DNA from: an uncultured Rikenellaceae bacterium
GTDB taxonomy: Bacteria > Bacteroidota > Bacteroidia > Bacteroidales > VadinHA17
NCBI GenBank assembly: GCA_963696805.1
Contig: CAVOLF010000009.1
Coordinates: 68,127-132,126 of the forward strand
Direction of reading: 5' to 3'
DNA: 64,000 nt
Below the pieces are notes generated by a model. That model was not told the DNA's origin. It did not search any database and worked only from the letters and a program-made list of their open reading frames with translations. Numbering within the stretch: the first letter of the stretch is position 1; every line of letters starts with the position of its first letter. Positions 8,068 through 18,848 of this stretch are shown here, piece by piece. The position numbers and the translations under genes were made by a program.

Positions 8068-10382
8068 TTCTTTTTTCCGCCCCTGGTGCTTTTTGTCTTA
8101 CTGCCTTTTTCGATTATTGTCAGGCATTCCTCCCTCGTCAGCTTCTGCGGGTCAGTGCCTTTAGGGATACGGTAGTTGGCTTTGTCATGCACGATGTAGG
8201 GGCCGTATCTGCCATTCAGCACACTGATATCGCCGAATTCACTGATCAGCTTCAGCCTGTCTCCCTCTCTCTTCTCTTTTATCAGCTCCGTGGCCCGCTC
8301 TTCAGTGATGGTGTACGGATCATCCGTGCCTTTCTTCAGGGAGTAGAACTTGCCCCCGTGTTTTACATAGGGTCCGAACTTCCCGACACCCACGGTCATC
8401 TCGCTCCCCTCAAAGGTGCCCGCCACTCTTGGCAGGGCAAACAGAGCCAGGGCCTCATCAAGGGTTATTGTCTCAAGGAGCTGGTCACGCCTGAGGTTCG
8501 CAAAACGCGGTTTGTTCTCCGGGGTGGCCTCACCAAGCTGCACCACCGGCCCGAACCGGCTCATCCTTACTGAGACGGGCAGCCCCGTTGCCGGGTCTGT
8601 CCCGAGCTCGCGTGCACCGGTCATACGAGCCCTGTTGGAGAGAGATTCGTCAACCGTCTTGTGGAACGGGCTGTAAAATCCCGATATCATCCTGTCCCAC
8701 TCAAGCTCTCCGGAGGCTATCTCGTCAAACTCCTTCTCAACACCGGCGGTGAAGTTGTAGTCGAGGATATCCGGGAAGTTGGCAATAAGGAAGTCATTGA
8801 CGATCATCCCGATGTCGCGGGGGAAGAGCTTCGATTTCTCTTTCCCTGCAATTTCAACTTTTTCTGTCCTGGTAATTTTTCCCTTGGCAAGCGTTAGCTG
8901 TGCAACAGTCCGTTTTTCTCCGGGCCTGTCTTCGCGGGCAACATACCCTCGCGACTGTATGGTTGATATGGTAGGTGCATATGTAGAGGGTCTCCCTATC
9001 CCCAGCTCCTCGAGTTTCTTCACCAGGCTGGCCTCCGTGTAGCGGGGAGGGGGTGATGTGAAACGCTGGAGGGCGGTGATAGAATCAGGGGTGAGTTTCA
9101 TGCCCCTGTCAACACGCGGAAGAATCGATTTCTCATCTTCCCCCTGGCTACTGTCATATGATTCGGTGTAGACCTTGAGGAACCCGTCAAACAGTACTAC
9201 CTCTCCTGTTGCGGTGAAGGTGAACGGTGATGATGACATGCCGATGGTGATAGTTGTCTTCTCCATCTCGGCGTCTGCCATCTGCGAGGCTATAGCCCGG
9301 CGCCAGATGAGCTCATAGAGTTTCTTCTCATTGATGCTTCCTGTTGTGTCCTTCCTGTCAAAATATGCAGGCCTGATGGCTTCATGAGCCTCCTGTGCCC
9401 CCTTTGAATGAGTCTTGAACTGTCTTGTCCGCGAGTATTTGGCGCCAAATTCGCCCGTGATCACCTCCCTGGCGGTATTGAGCGCCAGCGATGAAAGGCT
9501 TGTGGAGTCTGTCCTCATGTATGTGATCTTCCCTGCTTCATAGAGCTTCTGAGCCACGGACATTGTCTGTGCCACTGAAAAGCCCAGCTTGCGGTAGGCC
9601 TCCTGCTGAAGGGTGGAGGTGGTGAAGGGCGGGGCGGGAGAGCGGGTGCCCGGTTTGACCACTATGTTCTCAACGGTGAACGACGATCCGTTACATGATT
9701 CCAGGAAATTTTTTGCCTGAGCCTCTGTGCTGAATTTCTTAGGGCACTCAGCCCTGAGGAGGAGATCAGAGCCCTCGCTGTTCTGCCCGCTGAATGAACC
9801 CGTCACCCTGAAGGCGGAGTCTGAGACAAAGCTGATTATCTCACGTTCACGGTCTACCAGCAGGCGTACTGCCACCGACTGTACCCTCCCTGCCGAGAGC
9901 GATGGCTGCACTTTCTTCCAGAGAACGGGAGAGATCTCGAAGCCGACCAGCCTGTCAAGGATACGGCGTGCCTGCTGTGCGTTGACCAGGTTCATGTCAA
10001 CCTGGCGTGGTGTCTCCACCGCCCTGGTGATGGCTTCTTTCGTTATCTCGTGGAACACTATGCGGCGCGTGGAGGAGGGATCAAGGCCCAGAACGGATAT
10101 AAGATGCCATGCTATGGCTTCCCCCTCACGGTCCTCATCGGAGGCGATCCAGACAGTCTTTGCCTGCCCGGCCAGCTTGCGAAGCTCGTTAACCACCTTC
10201 TTCTTCTCCTCGGGCACCTCATATACAGGCGTAAACCCTTTATCAACCTCAACTCCGAGGCCTTTCTTTTCAAGATCACGTATGTGCCCGAAGCTTGAGA
10301 CAACCGTAAAATCCTTTCCGAGGAATTTTTCTATCGTTTTTGCTTTTGCAGGAGATTCAACTATTACCAGATTTTCTGTCAT
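8064..10382 (-). CDS. topA: DNA topoisomerase I
   Basis: 772 aa. The Toprim start is LVIVESPAKAKTIEKFLG. The motifs SDEDREGEAIAWH and ITYMRTDS (active-site Tyr region) are present, along with C-terminal repeats (KFGPYVKHG, RYGPYIVH). Confidence 0.95.
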   Translation of the reverse strand: MTENLVIVESPAKAKTIEKFLGKDFTVVSSFGHIRDLEKKGLGVEVDKGFTPVYEVPEEKKKVVNELRKLAGQAKTVWIASDEDREGEAIAWHLISVLGLDPSSTRRIVFHEITKEAITRAVETPRQVDMNLVNAQQARRILDRLVGFEISPVLWKKVQPSLSAGRVQSVAVRLLVDREREIISFVSDSAFRVTGSFSGQNSEGSDLLLRAECPKKFSTEAQAKNFLESCNGSSFTVENIVVKPGTRSPAPPFTTSTLQQEAYRKLGFSVAQTMSVAQKLYEAGKITYMRTDSTSLSSLALNTAREVITGEFGAKYSRTRQFKTHSKGAQEAHEAIRPAYFDRKDTTGSINEKKLYELIWRRAIASQMADAEMEKTTITIGMSSSPFTFTATGEVVLFDGFLKVYTESYDSSQGEDEKSILPRVDRGMKLTPDSITALQRFTSPPPRYTEASLVKKLEELGIGRPSTYAPTISTIQSRGYVAREDRPGEKRTVAQLTLAKGKITRTEKVEIAGKEKSKLFPRDIGMIVNDFLIANFPDILDYNFTAGVEKEFDEIASGELEWDRMISGFYSPFHKTVDESLSNRARMTGARELGTDPATGLPVSVRMSRFGPVVQLGEATPENKPRFANLRRDQLLETITLDEALALFALPRVAGTFEGSEMTVGVGKFGPYVKHGGKFYSLKKGTDDPYTITEERATELIKEKREGDRLKLISEFGDISVLNGRYGPYIVHDKANYRIPKGTDPQKLTREECLTIIEKGSKTKSTRGGKKK

Positions 10383-10433
10383 CCGACTTTTTTTAAAAAC
10401 AGGGCAAAGTAAGCGATTAACGGCACTAACTTC

Positions 10434-10441
10434 AAAATTAT
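10434..10441 (-). promoter_or_regulatory. candidate Bacteroidota -7 promoter box (TAATTTTG) upstream of topA
   Basis: Matches the TAnnTTTG consensus on the minus strand, 52 nt upstream of the topA ATG. Confidence 0.3.
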
Positions 10442-10494
10442 TGAAAAAGATTCTGTATAAATCATTAAATTAGCGCCTATATTATGAGGGTATC

Positions 10495-12840
10495 ATGAGG
10501 GATAAAAAATTCCGGAAAAACATAATCTGGTTCTGGGTAATAATGTCTCTGCCAGTTGTTTTTGTGCTGACACTGTTCATCCTTATATCGGCCAACAGGC
10601 TTGGCCCTATCCCCTCGTTCGAGGAGGTTGAAAACCCTGCCAGCAACCTGGCAGCAGAGGTATATTCGGAAGACAATGTACTGCTTGGCAAATTCTATCT
10701 GCAGAGTCAAAACCGCACATGGACGGAATATGAAGATATTTCGCCGTATGTGGTTGATGCGCTGATAGCCACCGAGGACATCAGGTTCCAAAGGCATTCA
10801 GGCATTGATTTCAGGGGACTGGCCAGGGTGCTGGTCAAGACAATAATTTTAGGTAAGGAGACCGGCGGCGGAAGTACCATCTCCCAGCAGCTGGCGAAGA
10901 ACCTCTTCCTTCCCAGGGATCTCTCGAATGATCCTGCCATAGTACGGGGTGCAAGACTTACGGTGACCAAGTTCAAGGAGTGGCAGACGGCGGTGAAGCT
11001 CGAGAAGAGCTATACCAAGGAAGAGATCATCACGATGTACCTGAATGTCTTCGACTTTATATACAATGCTGTTGGCATTAACTCTGCCTCCCGCATTTAC
11101 TTCAACACCACCCCCGATTCACTGAACATCGAGCAGTCGGCCATGCTTGTCGGGATGCTCAAGAACTCCGTGGCCTACAATCCTCTGCGGAATGCGGAGA
11201 CGGCTCTCCGCAGACGAAACGTGGTGATATCGCAGATGGAGCGTTACGGCTACCTGCCACGTGAGGTGGCAGACTCTGTCAAGATGCTGCCGCTGGTGCT
11301 TGACCTGCGCGAAGACAGCCACAATACCGGCCCGGCAACCTATTTCAGGGAGTATATCCGCAGCACAATGATCAAGTACGAGCCCGAACGGAAAATGTTT
11401 TATTCCGATGACCAGTACAATGATGCAATGTGGCGCTGGCAGAACGACCCCCTTTACGGATGGTGCCGCAAGAACTTAAAGCCTGACGGCTCGAATTATA
11501 ATTTATACCGTGACGGACTGAGGATCTACACCACGCTGAACTCAAAGATGCAGACCTATGCCGAGGAGGCGCTTGTTGAACACCTTTCACAAAATCTTCA
11601 GCCTGTGTTCAGCAAAAAAGCAAAGACCTACAGGAACCCGCCCTATTCCAATGACCTTAACTCTGCACAGGTGAAACAGCTCATTGACAGGTCAGTGCGA
11701 CAGAGCGACAGGTACCAGAACATGAGGCGCGCCGGCGTACCTGAAGATTCAATCACCCTTGCCTTCAATACACCCATTCCCTTGAAGCTCTTTTCATGGG
11801 AGGGGGAGCGTGACACGGTGATGACGCCGCTCGATTCCATCAGGTACTACAAGTTCTTTGTCAGGTCATCATTCATGGCCATGGACCCGCATACGGGTCA
11901 TGTCAGGGCATATGTCGGCGGGCCCGACTTCAGGTACTTCATGTATGACGCCGTAACCCAGCAGAAGAAACAGGTAGGGTCAACCATCAAGCCCTTCCTC
12001 TACACCCTGGCGATGCAGGACGGCTATACGCCTTGCTATGAGGTTGAGAACATAGCCAGGTCGTTTGAAGTCAATGACACTGTATGGATACCCAGGAGCT
12101 CAGGTCCGGAGGAGTATCACGGGAAGATGGTGACCCTCAAATGGGGTCTGGCACAGAGTGAGAACTACATCTCGGCCTGGCTGATGAAGCAGTTTTCGCC
12201 CCAGGCTGTTGTTGACCTGATGCACCGCATGGGCATAAGGAGCTTCATAGACCCGGTATATTCAATTTTCCTCGGCACCTCAGACCTCTCCCTTGAGGAG
12301 ATGGTGGGGGCATACGGTACCTTCACCAACAAAGGGGTCTATACCCGTCCGCTTTATGTGACACGTATAGAGGACCGCAACGGCAACGTTATCTCCACCT
12401 TTACCCCTTTCATTGACGAGGTGATAAGTGAGGATGATGCCTACCTGATGACATCTCTTCTTCAGGGTGTTGTAAACACGGGAACAGGTCTCAGGCTAAG
12501 GGGCACCTACAAGCTAACCAACCAGATGGGAGGCAAGACGGGAACCACGCAGAACCACTCCAACGGATGGTACATGGGTGTCATGCCTGACCTGGTGGCA
12601 GGGGTATGGACAGGCTGGGAGGACCAGGCCATTCACTTTGAGGATCTGTCACTGGGGCAGGGATCTAACATGGCACTCCCGGTCTTCGGGCTGTTCCTTC
12701 AGAAGCTGTTGGCCGACAGTGATTTTGCATCTGTGGCTCAGTCACAGTTCGAGGCACCCTCCGGTTTCAACGTTGAGCTTGACTGTGACAACGTAAGGCG
12801 GCAGGAGCAGAGCGGCCCCTACAGGCAGCGTGAGTACTGA
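10495..12840 (+). CDS. class A penicillin-binding protein (transglycosylase + transpeptidase, PBP1A type)
   Basis: 781 aa with an N-terminal TM. The GT51 motifs are ATEDIRFQRHSGID and GGSTISQQLAKN. The transpeptidase motifs are GSTIKPF, SEN and KTGTT. Confidence 0.9.
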   Translation: MRDKKFRKNIIWFWVIMSLPVVFVLTLFILISANRLGPIPSFEEVENPASNLAAEVYSEDNVLLGKFYLQSQNRTWTEYEDISPYVVDALIATEDIRFQRHSGIDFRGLARVLVKTIILGKETGGGSTISQQLAKNLFLPRDLSNDPAIVRGARLTVTKFKEWQTAVKLEKSYTKEEIITMYLNVFDFIYNAVGINSASRIYFNTTPDSLNIEQSAMLVGMLKNSVAYNPLRNAETALRRRNVVISQMERYGYLPREVADSVKMLPLVLDLREDSHNTGPATYFREYIRSTMIKYEPERKMFYSDDQYNDAMWRWQNDPLYGWCRKNLKPDGSNYNLYRDGLRIYTTLNSKMQTYAEEALVEHLSQNLQPVFSKKAKTYRNPPYSNDLNSAQVKQLIDRSVRQSDRYQNMRRAGVPEDSITLAFNTPIPLKLFSWEGERDTVMTPLDSIRYYKFFVRSSFMAMDPHTGHVRAYVGGPDFRYFMYDAVTQQKKQVGSTIKPFLYTLAMQDGYTPCYEVENIARSFEVNDTVWIPRSSGPEEYHGKMVTLKWGLAQSENYISAWLMKQFSPQAVVDLMHRMGIRSFIDPVYSIFLGTSDLSLEEMVGAYGTFTNKGVYTRPLYVTRIEDRNGNVISTFTPFIDEVISEDDAYLMTSLLQGVVNTGTGLRLRGTYKLTNQMGGKTGTTQNHSNGWYMGVMPDLVAGVWTGWEDQAIHFEDLSLGQGSNMALPVFGLFLQKLLADSDFASVAQSQFEAPSGFNVELDCDNVRRQEQSGPYRQREY

Positions 12841-14193
12841 TCATGAGAAGAGCAGCCTGACTAGCCCCTCTACCTTGTTAACCTTTGATATTTTTATCCC
12901 GGGCTGTTCCCTGATGCTTCTGTGATATCCCGATACCACTATATTTTCAAAGCCCATCCTGGATGCCTCCATGATGCGCTGTTCAATTCTTGCCACCGGC
13001 CTGATCTCTCCTGAGAGTCCCACCTCACCGGCGAAAGTTGTATGCTGGCTTACGGGTGCGTCAAGGTTTGAAGAGAGTACCGCGCTCACCACTGCAAGGT
13101 CAATGGCAGGGTCACTGACTTTTAGTCCCCCGGCAATGTTAAGAAAGACATCCTTGACGGCCAGGCGGAACCCGGCTCTCTTCTCGAGCACTGCCAGGAG
13201 CATGTTCAGCCGCCTTGTGTCGAAGCCTGTGGAGCTTCTCTGCGGGGTGCCATAGACGGCGCTGCTAACCAGTGCCTGGGTCTCTATCATGAAGGGTCTC
13301 AGGCCGTCTACCGTGGCGGCGATGCATACGCCGCTTGCCGGGTCGCGGTCACGGCGGATGAAGAGCTCCGACGGGTCCGTTATCTCGCGCAGCCCGTTTG
13401 ATGCCATTTCGAAGATGCCTATTTCTGCCGTTGAGCCGAAGCGGTTTTTTACGGGTCTCAGTATCCGGAACACATAATTGCCGTCGCCCTCAAACTGGAG
13501 CACCACGTCAACGATATGTTCAAGCACTTTGGGCCCGGCAAGAGTACCGTCCTTGGTGATGTGGCCAATCAGTATCACCGGCACGCCCGACTCCTTTGCG
13601 TAGCGCAGCAGCATCGCGGCGCACTCCCTGACCTGTGACACTGACCCTGCGGAGGATTCAAGCAGGGAGGAGCTGAGCGTCTGTATCGAATCTATGATGA
13701 GCAGTCCGGGGCTGATGGCTCCTGCCTGTGCTATGACGCTCTCCAGATCAGTCTCATTATATATGAAGCAGTTATCATTTCTGCCTTCCAGTCTCTTTGC
13801 CCGCAGTTTGACCTGTCCCTCGCTCTCCTCACCGGAAACATAGAGCACTTTTCTGCCGCTGACGGCAAGGGCTATCTGCAGTGCCAGGGTCGATTTGCCA
13901 ATGCCCGGCTCGCCACCCATGAGTATCAGGGAGCCCTTTACCATGCCTCCGCCCAGGATGCGGTCAGCCTCGCCTATTCCGGCAGTGATGCGGTCATTCT
14001 CGTTTACCTCAATGCCTGAAAGAAGCTCGGGCTTCCTCCTGGGAGTATCCTTAACGAAAGAGGAGGAGGATGTAAGGGTCACAAGCTCCTCGCGGTAGGT
14101 GTTCCACTCCTTGCATGCCGGACAGTGGCCGATCCATTTGGGCGACTCGGCGCCGCAGTTCTGGCACACGTATACAGTCTTGTTCTTTGCCAT
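12841..14193 (-). CDS. radA: DNA repair protein RadA (Sms)
   Basis: Contains the zinc ribbon CQNCGAESPKWIGHCPAC, Walker A GGEPGIGKST, the KNRFG motif and a Lon-like C-terminal domain. Confidence 0.95.
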   Translation of the reverse strand: MAKNKTVYVCQNCGAESPKWIGHCPACKEWNTYREELVTLTSSSSFVKDTPRRKPELLSGIEVNENDRITAGIGEADRILGGGMVKGSLILMGGEPGIGKSTLALQIALAVSGRKVLYVSGEESEGQVKLRAKRLEGRNDNCFIYNETDLESVIAQAGAISPGLLIIDSIQTLSSSLLESSAGSVSQVRECAAMLLRYAKESGVPVILIGHITKDGTLAGPKVLEHIVDVVLQFEGDGNYVFRILRPVKNRFGSTAEIGIFEMASNGLREITDPSELFIRRDRDPASGVCIAATVDGLRPFMIETQALVSSAVYGTPQRSSTGFDTRRLNMLLAVLEKRAGFRLAVKDVFLNIAGGLKVSDPAIDLAVVSAVLSSNLDAPVSQHTTFAGEVGLSGEIRPVARIEQRIMEASRMGFENIVVSGYHRSIREQPGIKISKVNKVEGLVRLLFS

Positions 14194-14238
14194 GGAGAAT
14201 AGGATTACGCAACAGACAAATGTAATAAAAGCTGCTTA

Positions 14239-15276
14239 TCAGCTATTTTTTTCAGTGACCACTGATGACAAAATCTTCCCGCCCTTTCTGCCGAACATTG
14301 CAAAGAGGGAGATGGCGCCTGCGATTGCAATTAGTATCATCTGCGACTCATGCTCGAGGGTGGCATAGGCGAGTCCCTCTTCAAGCGGTATTGCGTATGC
14401 CACCAGTATCCCGCGCGACACTATCCAGTGATAGGCTCCCAGCCCGCTCTGTACCGGGGCGGCCATCCCGAAGCTGCCTATGACCAGGATGAACATCGCT
14501 GCCCCCATACCCAGGTCTGCCGTGGAATCGAGGCAGAGAAGCGGGAAATATGACATGAAGAAGTAAGATATCCAGAGCACGACGGTGAGAAGGATGAACT
14601 CCCACTTACGCCTGAGCCCGGCAATGGATTTGAGGCCGGCAAGAAGACCGTCGGAGAAGGAGTATAGCCTGCCGAATAAAGGATAGGCAGAGAGCCGTTT
14701 ACGGAGCATGAAAAACATCACCGTGGCCGTGATGGCGAGAAGAATCACAATGACCATTATCAGGGTGGCTGATCCAAGTGAGGATGAGAGTCTCTGTTCA
14801 GCCGGCATAAACACGTTCTCCGAAAGAAAACTTCCGGTTATGGTGCTGCCGGCAACCAGGGTCAGGCCCAGGATCAGCAGCACTGACAGGATGTCAATGG
14901 TGCGCTCAACCAGCATTGTTCCCACGAGCCTGTCAAAAGGAATATTTTCCTTCTTGCCCAGCGCCACACACTTGGAGACCTCTCCCAGTCTTGGGAAAAT
15001 CATGTTTGCGAAATAACCGGTCATCACGGCATGGTAGGCATTCATAAGGCCCGGCCTGTAGCCCATGGGCTCAATGAGCAGTGTCCAGCGGCGGGCCCTG
15101 ATGAAGAAGCTGAGGAAAGAGAAGATGACGGCGGGGAGCAGCCACCAGTAATGCGCCTTGCGAAGCACTGCCCATAGCTCCCCGAGGTCAATGCCCCTGA
15201 AGGAGAGCCACAACAGAAAAATGGCCAGTGCTAGGAAGACAATGGCCTGAATGCTTTGCTTCAGCCCCTTTTTCAA
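14239..15276 (-). CDS. polytopic membrane protein, UPF0104 / lysylphosphatidylglycerol-synthase-TM-like (flippase-like) family
   Basis: 345 aa with about 8 predicted TM segments. The N-terminal pattern LWLSFRGIDLGELWAVLRKAHYWWL is typical of this family. Confidence 0.5.
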   Translation of the reverse strand: MKKGLKQSIQAIVFLALAIFLLWLSFRGIDLGELWAVLRKAHYWWLLPAVIFSFLSFFIRARRWTLLIEPMGYRPGLMNAYHAVMTGYFANMIFPRLGEVSKCVALGKKENIPFDRLVGTMLVERTIDILSVLLILGLTLVAGSTITGSFLSENVFMPAEQRLSSSLGSATLIMVIVILLAITATVMFFMLRKRLSAYPLFGRLYSFSDGLLAGLKSIAGLRRKWEFILLTVVLWISYFFMSYFPLLCLDSTADLGMGAAMFILVIGSFGMAAPVQSGLGAYHWIVSRGILVAYAIPLEEGLAYATLEHESQMILIAIAGAISLFAMFGRKGGKILSSVVTEKNS

Positions 15277-15278
15277 TT

Positions 15279-15629
15279 TCAGACAAGTTTATTGGTGGCT
15301 GTATCAGGCATTATTATATGTGGGGTGAATGTCGACGCTTCCTCCAGGTCGACCATGGCATAAGACATGATGATTATCACGTCGCCGATTGCGGTTCTTC
15401 TTGCCGCCGGACCGTTGAGACAGATCTCACCTGATCCTCGCCGGCCTGTGATCACATAAGTCTCAAGCCTGTCACCGTTGTTTCTGTTGAGCACATGGAC
15501 CTTCTCATGTTCAACCAGGCCGGCTGCGTCCATCAGATCTTCATCGATGGTCACACTGCCCACGTAATTAAGGTCTGCCCCGGTGACGGAGACGTTATGT
15601 ATTTTTGATTTAAGAATTTCTATCATCAT
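15279..15629 (-). CDS. panD: aspartate 1-decarboxylase
   Basis: 116 aa. [32 protein letters not shown] contains the G-S self-cleavage site context (YVGS). Confidence 0.95.
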   Translation of the reverse strand: MMIEILKSKIHNVSVTGADLNYVGSVTIDEDLMDAAGLVEHEKVHVLNRNNGDRLETYVITGRRGSGEICLNGPAARRTAIGDVIIIMSYAMVDLEEASTFTPHIIMPDTATNKLV

Positions 15630-15681
15630 ATTGATAAAGGATGAATGCTTTTTGACACTGCAAAGATAAGTATCATTTTAT

Positions 15682-16542
15682 TCAGCGCAACCCTATCTCT
15701 ATATTGTCAATCAGCCTGACCTCTCCGGCAAAGAGAGCGATGCAGCCGTAGTATGTTTTATCAGGTGACATTTCTATGGTTGCCCTTACGGGAACAAGAG
15801 TTGCATCCTCAACTATTTCAAAGTACTCAATCCGGAAGTCGGGGATCATGTTTATCCTGTCAGCGACGAAATCCTTTATCTCTGCCGTTTCATAGTCTGA
15901 GACCATAGCTGCTGCCGCGATGAGGGTCCTGTAAATCTCTCCTGCCCGTTCACGGTGCTGCGGAAGCAGTCGACTGTTCCGGCTGCTCATCGCCAGCCCG
16001 TCCTTCTCCCTTACAATGGGGCATGCGACGATCTCTGTCTTTGGGGTAGTCACGTCGTGCCAGCTCCCTTATTATTGTCAGCTGCTGGTAGTCTTTCTGT
16101 CCGAAGAATGCGACTGAAGGCCTTATTATGTCAAAGAGTCTTGAGACCACCTGAGCTACACCGTTGAAGTGGCCGGGCCTGTGCAACCCCTCCATCACTC
16201 TTCCGATACCCCCGAAATCAAACACGCGTGGTGTCAGGCTCCGGGTAGATCTCCTCCACAGGCGGGGCAAAGACAAAATCGTTTTCCCTGAGCAGACCCT
16301 GAGAGCATCTGCAGGTCAGCCTCAAGGTTGCGGGGATATTTCAGGAGGTCATCAGGGTCATTGAACTGGGTAGGGTTGACGAAGATGCTCACGGCAACCA
16401 TCCGGCAGCTCTTCACTGCGGCCTCGACCAGAGAGAGATGGCCTTCGTGCAGCGCTCCCATGGTAGGTATAAAGCCCGGAAGCCTCAGAACGCATACCCT
16501 GTAATGCTCCCTTACCTCTTTGGCAGTTGTAAATACCTTCAT
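15682..16542 (-). pseudogene. panC: pantoate--beta-alanine ligase interrupted by three frameshifts (real or assembly error)
   Basis: There are four consecutive homologous segments in frames 0, 2, 1, 0. They are MKVFTT...[14 protein letters not shown]...NPTQFN, then [22 protein letters not shown], then [28 protein letters not shown]...GQKDYQQL, then [23 protein letters not shown]. Shift sites lie near 16290-16310, 16221-16240 and 16038-16048 (a CCCCAAA run). Confidence 0.85.
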
Positions 16543-16669
16543 TGTATGACTTTTTACTGACACACCGGATCCGGTACCGGAGTTGCACCTGGTCCGGTAA
16601 TACAAAATAACACCATTTTGTCAGTAACCCGTTGTATTTTAGCTTGGAAATTAATTGTATTTTTTTTAT

Positions 16670-16677
16670 TATCTTTG
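16670..16677 (+). promoter_or_regulatory. candidate -7 promoter box TATCTTTG for the glgA-like gene
   Basis: Matches TAnnTTTG, 37 nt upstream of the ATG at 16714, in an AT-rich divergent spacer. Confidence 0.35.
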
Positions 16678-16713
16678 CACTTTGATTAAATTAAGGTACA
16701 TCGGGAGGTTTTA

Positions 16714-17536
16714 ATGGAAAGCAGAAGGGTATTGTTTGTTTCGCAGGAGATAATGCCTTATCTTGGTGAGACAAAGCTTTCAAAGATCAGCCGTGATCTG
16801 CCGCAAGGCATACAGGAAAGGGGGAGGGAGATCCGGACATTCATGCCCCGATATGGTTCAATCAATGAGAGAAGGAATCAGCTTCATGAGGTCATCCGCC
16901 TCTCGGGGATGAACCTGATCATTGATGACACCGATCACCCTCTCATCATCAAGGTGGCATCAATTCAGTCTGCCCGCATGCAGGTCTATTTCATCGACAA
17001 TGATGACTACTTCCAGCGCAAGCATACCGTCGCTGATGCCTCGGGAAATGAGTATGAGGATAATGACGAAAGGGCCATCTTCTTTGCCAGGGGGGTTATT
17101 GAGACCGTAAGGAAGCTTCGGTGGGCCCCTGACATTGTACACTGCCACGGATGGCTCACATCACTCGTTCCGCTTTACCTCCGCAGGATCTACTCAGATG
17201 ACCCTGTGTTCAACAAGCTGAAAATGGTCTATTCCGTTTACAGTAACGGTTTCAAAAAGCCCCTGAAATCTTCACTGACTGATAAGCTTGAAGCTGACGG
17301 CATCGACAGCGGTGCTCTCAGCTCCATCAAAAACAACGTTGATTTCCTTAGCCTGACAACACTGGCGGCAGAAAATTCTGATGGCATAATTCTTGCCAGT
17401 GATAAGATTGACGATCAGGTGCGGAAACAGGTATCCGGGCATGGGCAAACCTCTGCTGGAATACCAGGGTGAGGAGAATTATATTGATGTTTACAATGAT
17501 TTTTATGACAAGCTCTTACTTGAAAAACAGAAATAG
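16714..17536 (+). pseudogene. short Bacteroidota-type glycogen/starch synthase (catalytic-domain-only) with a C-terminal frameshift
   Basis: Begins VLFVSQEIMPYLGET...FMPRYG...HCHGW. The listed ORF ends at 17472, but the conserved tail GKPLLEYQGEENYIDVYNDFYDKLLLEKQK is in the next frame and stops at 17534-17536. The 823-nt length is not a multiple of 3. Confidence 0.7.
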
Positions 17537-17562
17537 GAACCCACAACGGTCTTGTTACCGGA

Positions 17563-18805
17563 ATTCTGAAATATTTAACCTTTCTCTTCATCGCGTTATC
17601 AGTGATGCTGGCCTCGTGCAACGAGGACCCGTTAAATATTGGCAAGGGCCTGCTGCCTGATGATGACTTTATTGCAATCTATTCCACTGATACGGTAAAG
17701 GTCAGGGCCTATACGATGTACAATGAGAATTTGGTGTCATCAGACAGCACGAAGATGATTGCCGGCGGAATTTATGATGCCTATTTCGGAGACACACACT
17801 GTGATTTCGTGACCCAGCTCAGGCTGCTTGACTCGCTGCGTAAATCGGTCATAAACATAGACTCGGTTTTCCTGAGATTTATACCGTCATCAATCTCCGG
17901 AGACACTGCCGCAGTACACTATATAAGAATTTACGAGACCGGAACGGAGCTGACAGACCCGGATATATATTATACGGGACAGGACCCTGATACAATCAAG
18001 TTTCTGGGGGAGTACCCGATGCCGGTATTGAAGGCTGATTCCTCCTACTCTGTAAGGATTGACAACTCGGTAGGAGAATATCTCTTCAGGGATACCGCAA
18101 TGTTCAGACCTGCATCGAATTTCTACAAGGAGTTTTTCAAGGGGCTATATTTCGGCATAAGGAGCGAGACCAACCCTGTGCTGATTACCCTGACGGCGTC
18201 GGATAATCCGCTGGCTATCACCATATATTACCATGCGGCTGATACCATTGTCCGCTCTTATTCCTTCGTTGCAACCGAACGGGGTGTGAATTACAACAGG
18301 TTCACCCATGACCGGACCACCGCTGAGCCCGATAAGCTGATAACGCATGTCAATGACCTGGTTCTTGATACAGCCGCCTATCTTCAGACATACTACGGCA
18401 TCTATGTAAGGCTTGACCTGCCCTCACTTGAAGCATTCAGGAGCACAGAGAGACTGGCGGTCAACAAGGCGAGGATCATTGCTCCCGTACACATCGACGG
18501 AGAGACATATCTTGCAAACGGCATGCCCGCCCAGATATTGGTAAGGTACCGTGACAGCGAGGGCAAGGAGAGGGCAATCCCTGATCTTGTACGATAGTCT
18601 AAGCTATATGGACGGCACCTATTACAGTGAAAAGGACAGCTACATCTTCAACATCACCTCTTTTGTCCAGCAGTACCTTGACGGAAAGATCGACAACCCT
18701 TCAGTGGAATTGTTCTTCCCCTTATCAGCTGCAAAAAACGTCATCTTCAGGGCTAACGGAAACAACCCCGCCTTCAAATTGGAGTTTGCATACACAATAT
18801 ACTGA
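17563..18805 (+). pseudogene. DUF4270-like lipoprotein, frameshifted near 18555-18595; start codon uncertain
   Basis: The lipoprotein signal KYLTFLFIALSVMLASC has no upstream ATG in frame. The two ORFs (17602-18597 and 18551-18805) join as one protein. The panC / glgA / this gene / glmS neighbourhood is as I remember it from other Bacteroidota. Confidence 0.5.
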
Positions 18806-18848
18806 TTGACTATAAGTTAAATTATTGTTAACTAATGGAAATCATTCT

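Noticed and set aside
9727-10473. 248-aa plus-strand ORF
   Set aside because: It lies entirely antisense to topA, whose identity is unambiguous. Its composition is Ser/Arg/Thr-rich, typical of the reverse frame of a moderately GC-rich gene. I apply the same verdict to the antisense ORFs at 27123-27764, 36199-36909, 37827-38420, 41823-42551, 45800-46291, 46353-46835, 50943-51413 and 21837-22343.
12838-12843. PBP1A and radA stop codons abut as the palindrome TGATCA with zero spacer
   Set aside because: The observation is real, but it is a common compact convergent arrangement. It offers no evidence of a specific function beyond unavoidable transcript overlap.
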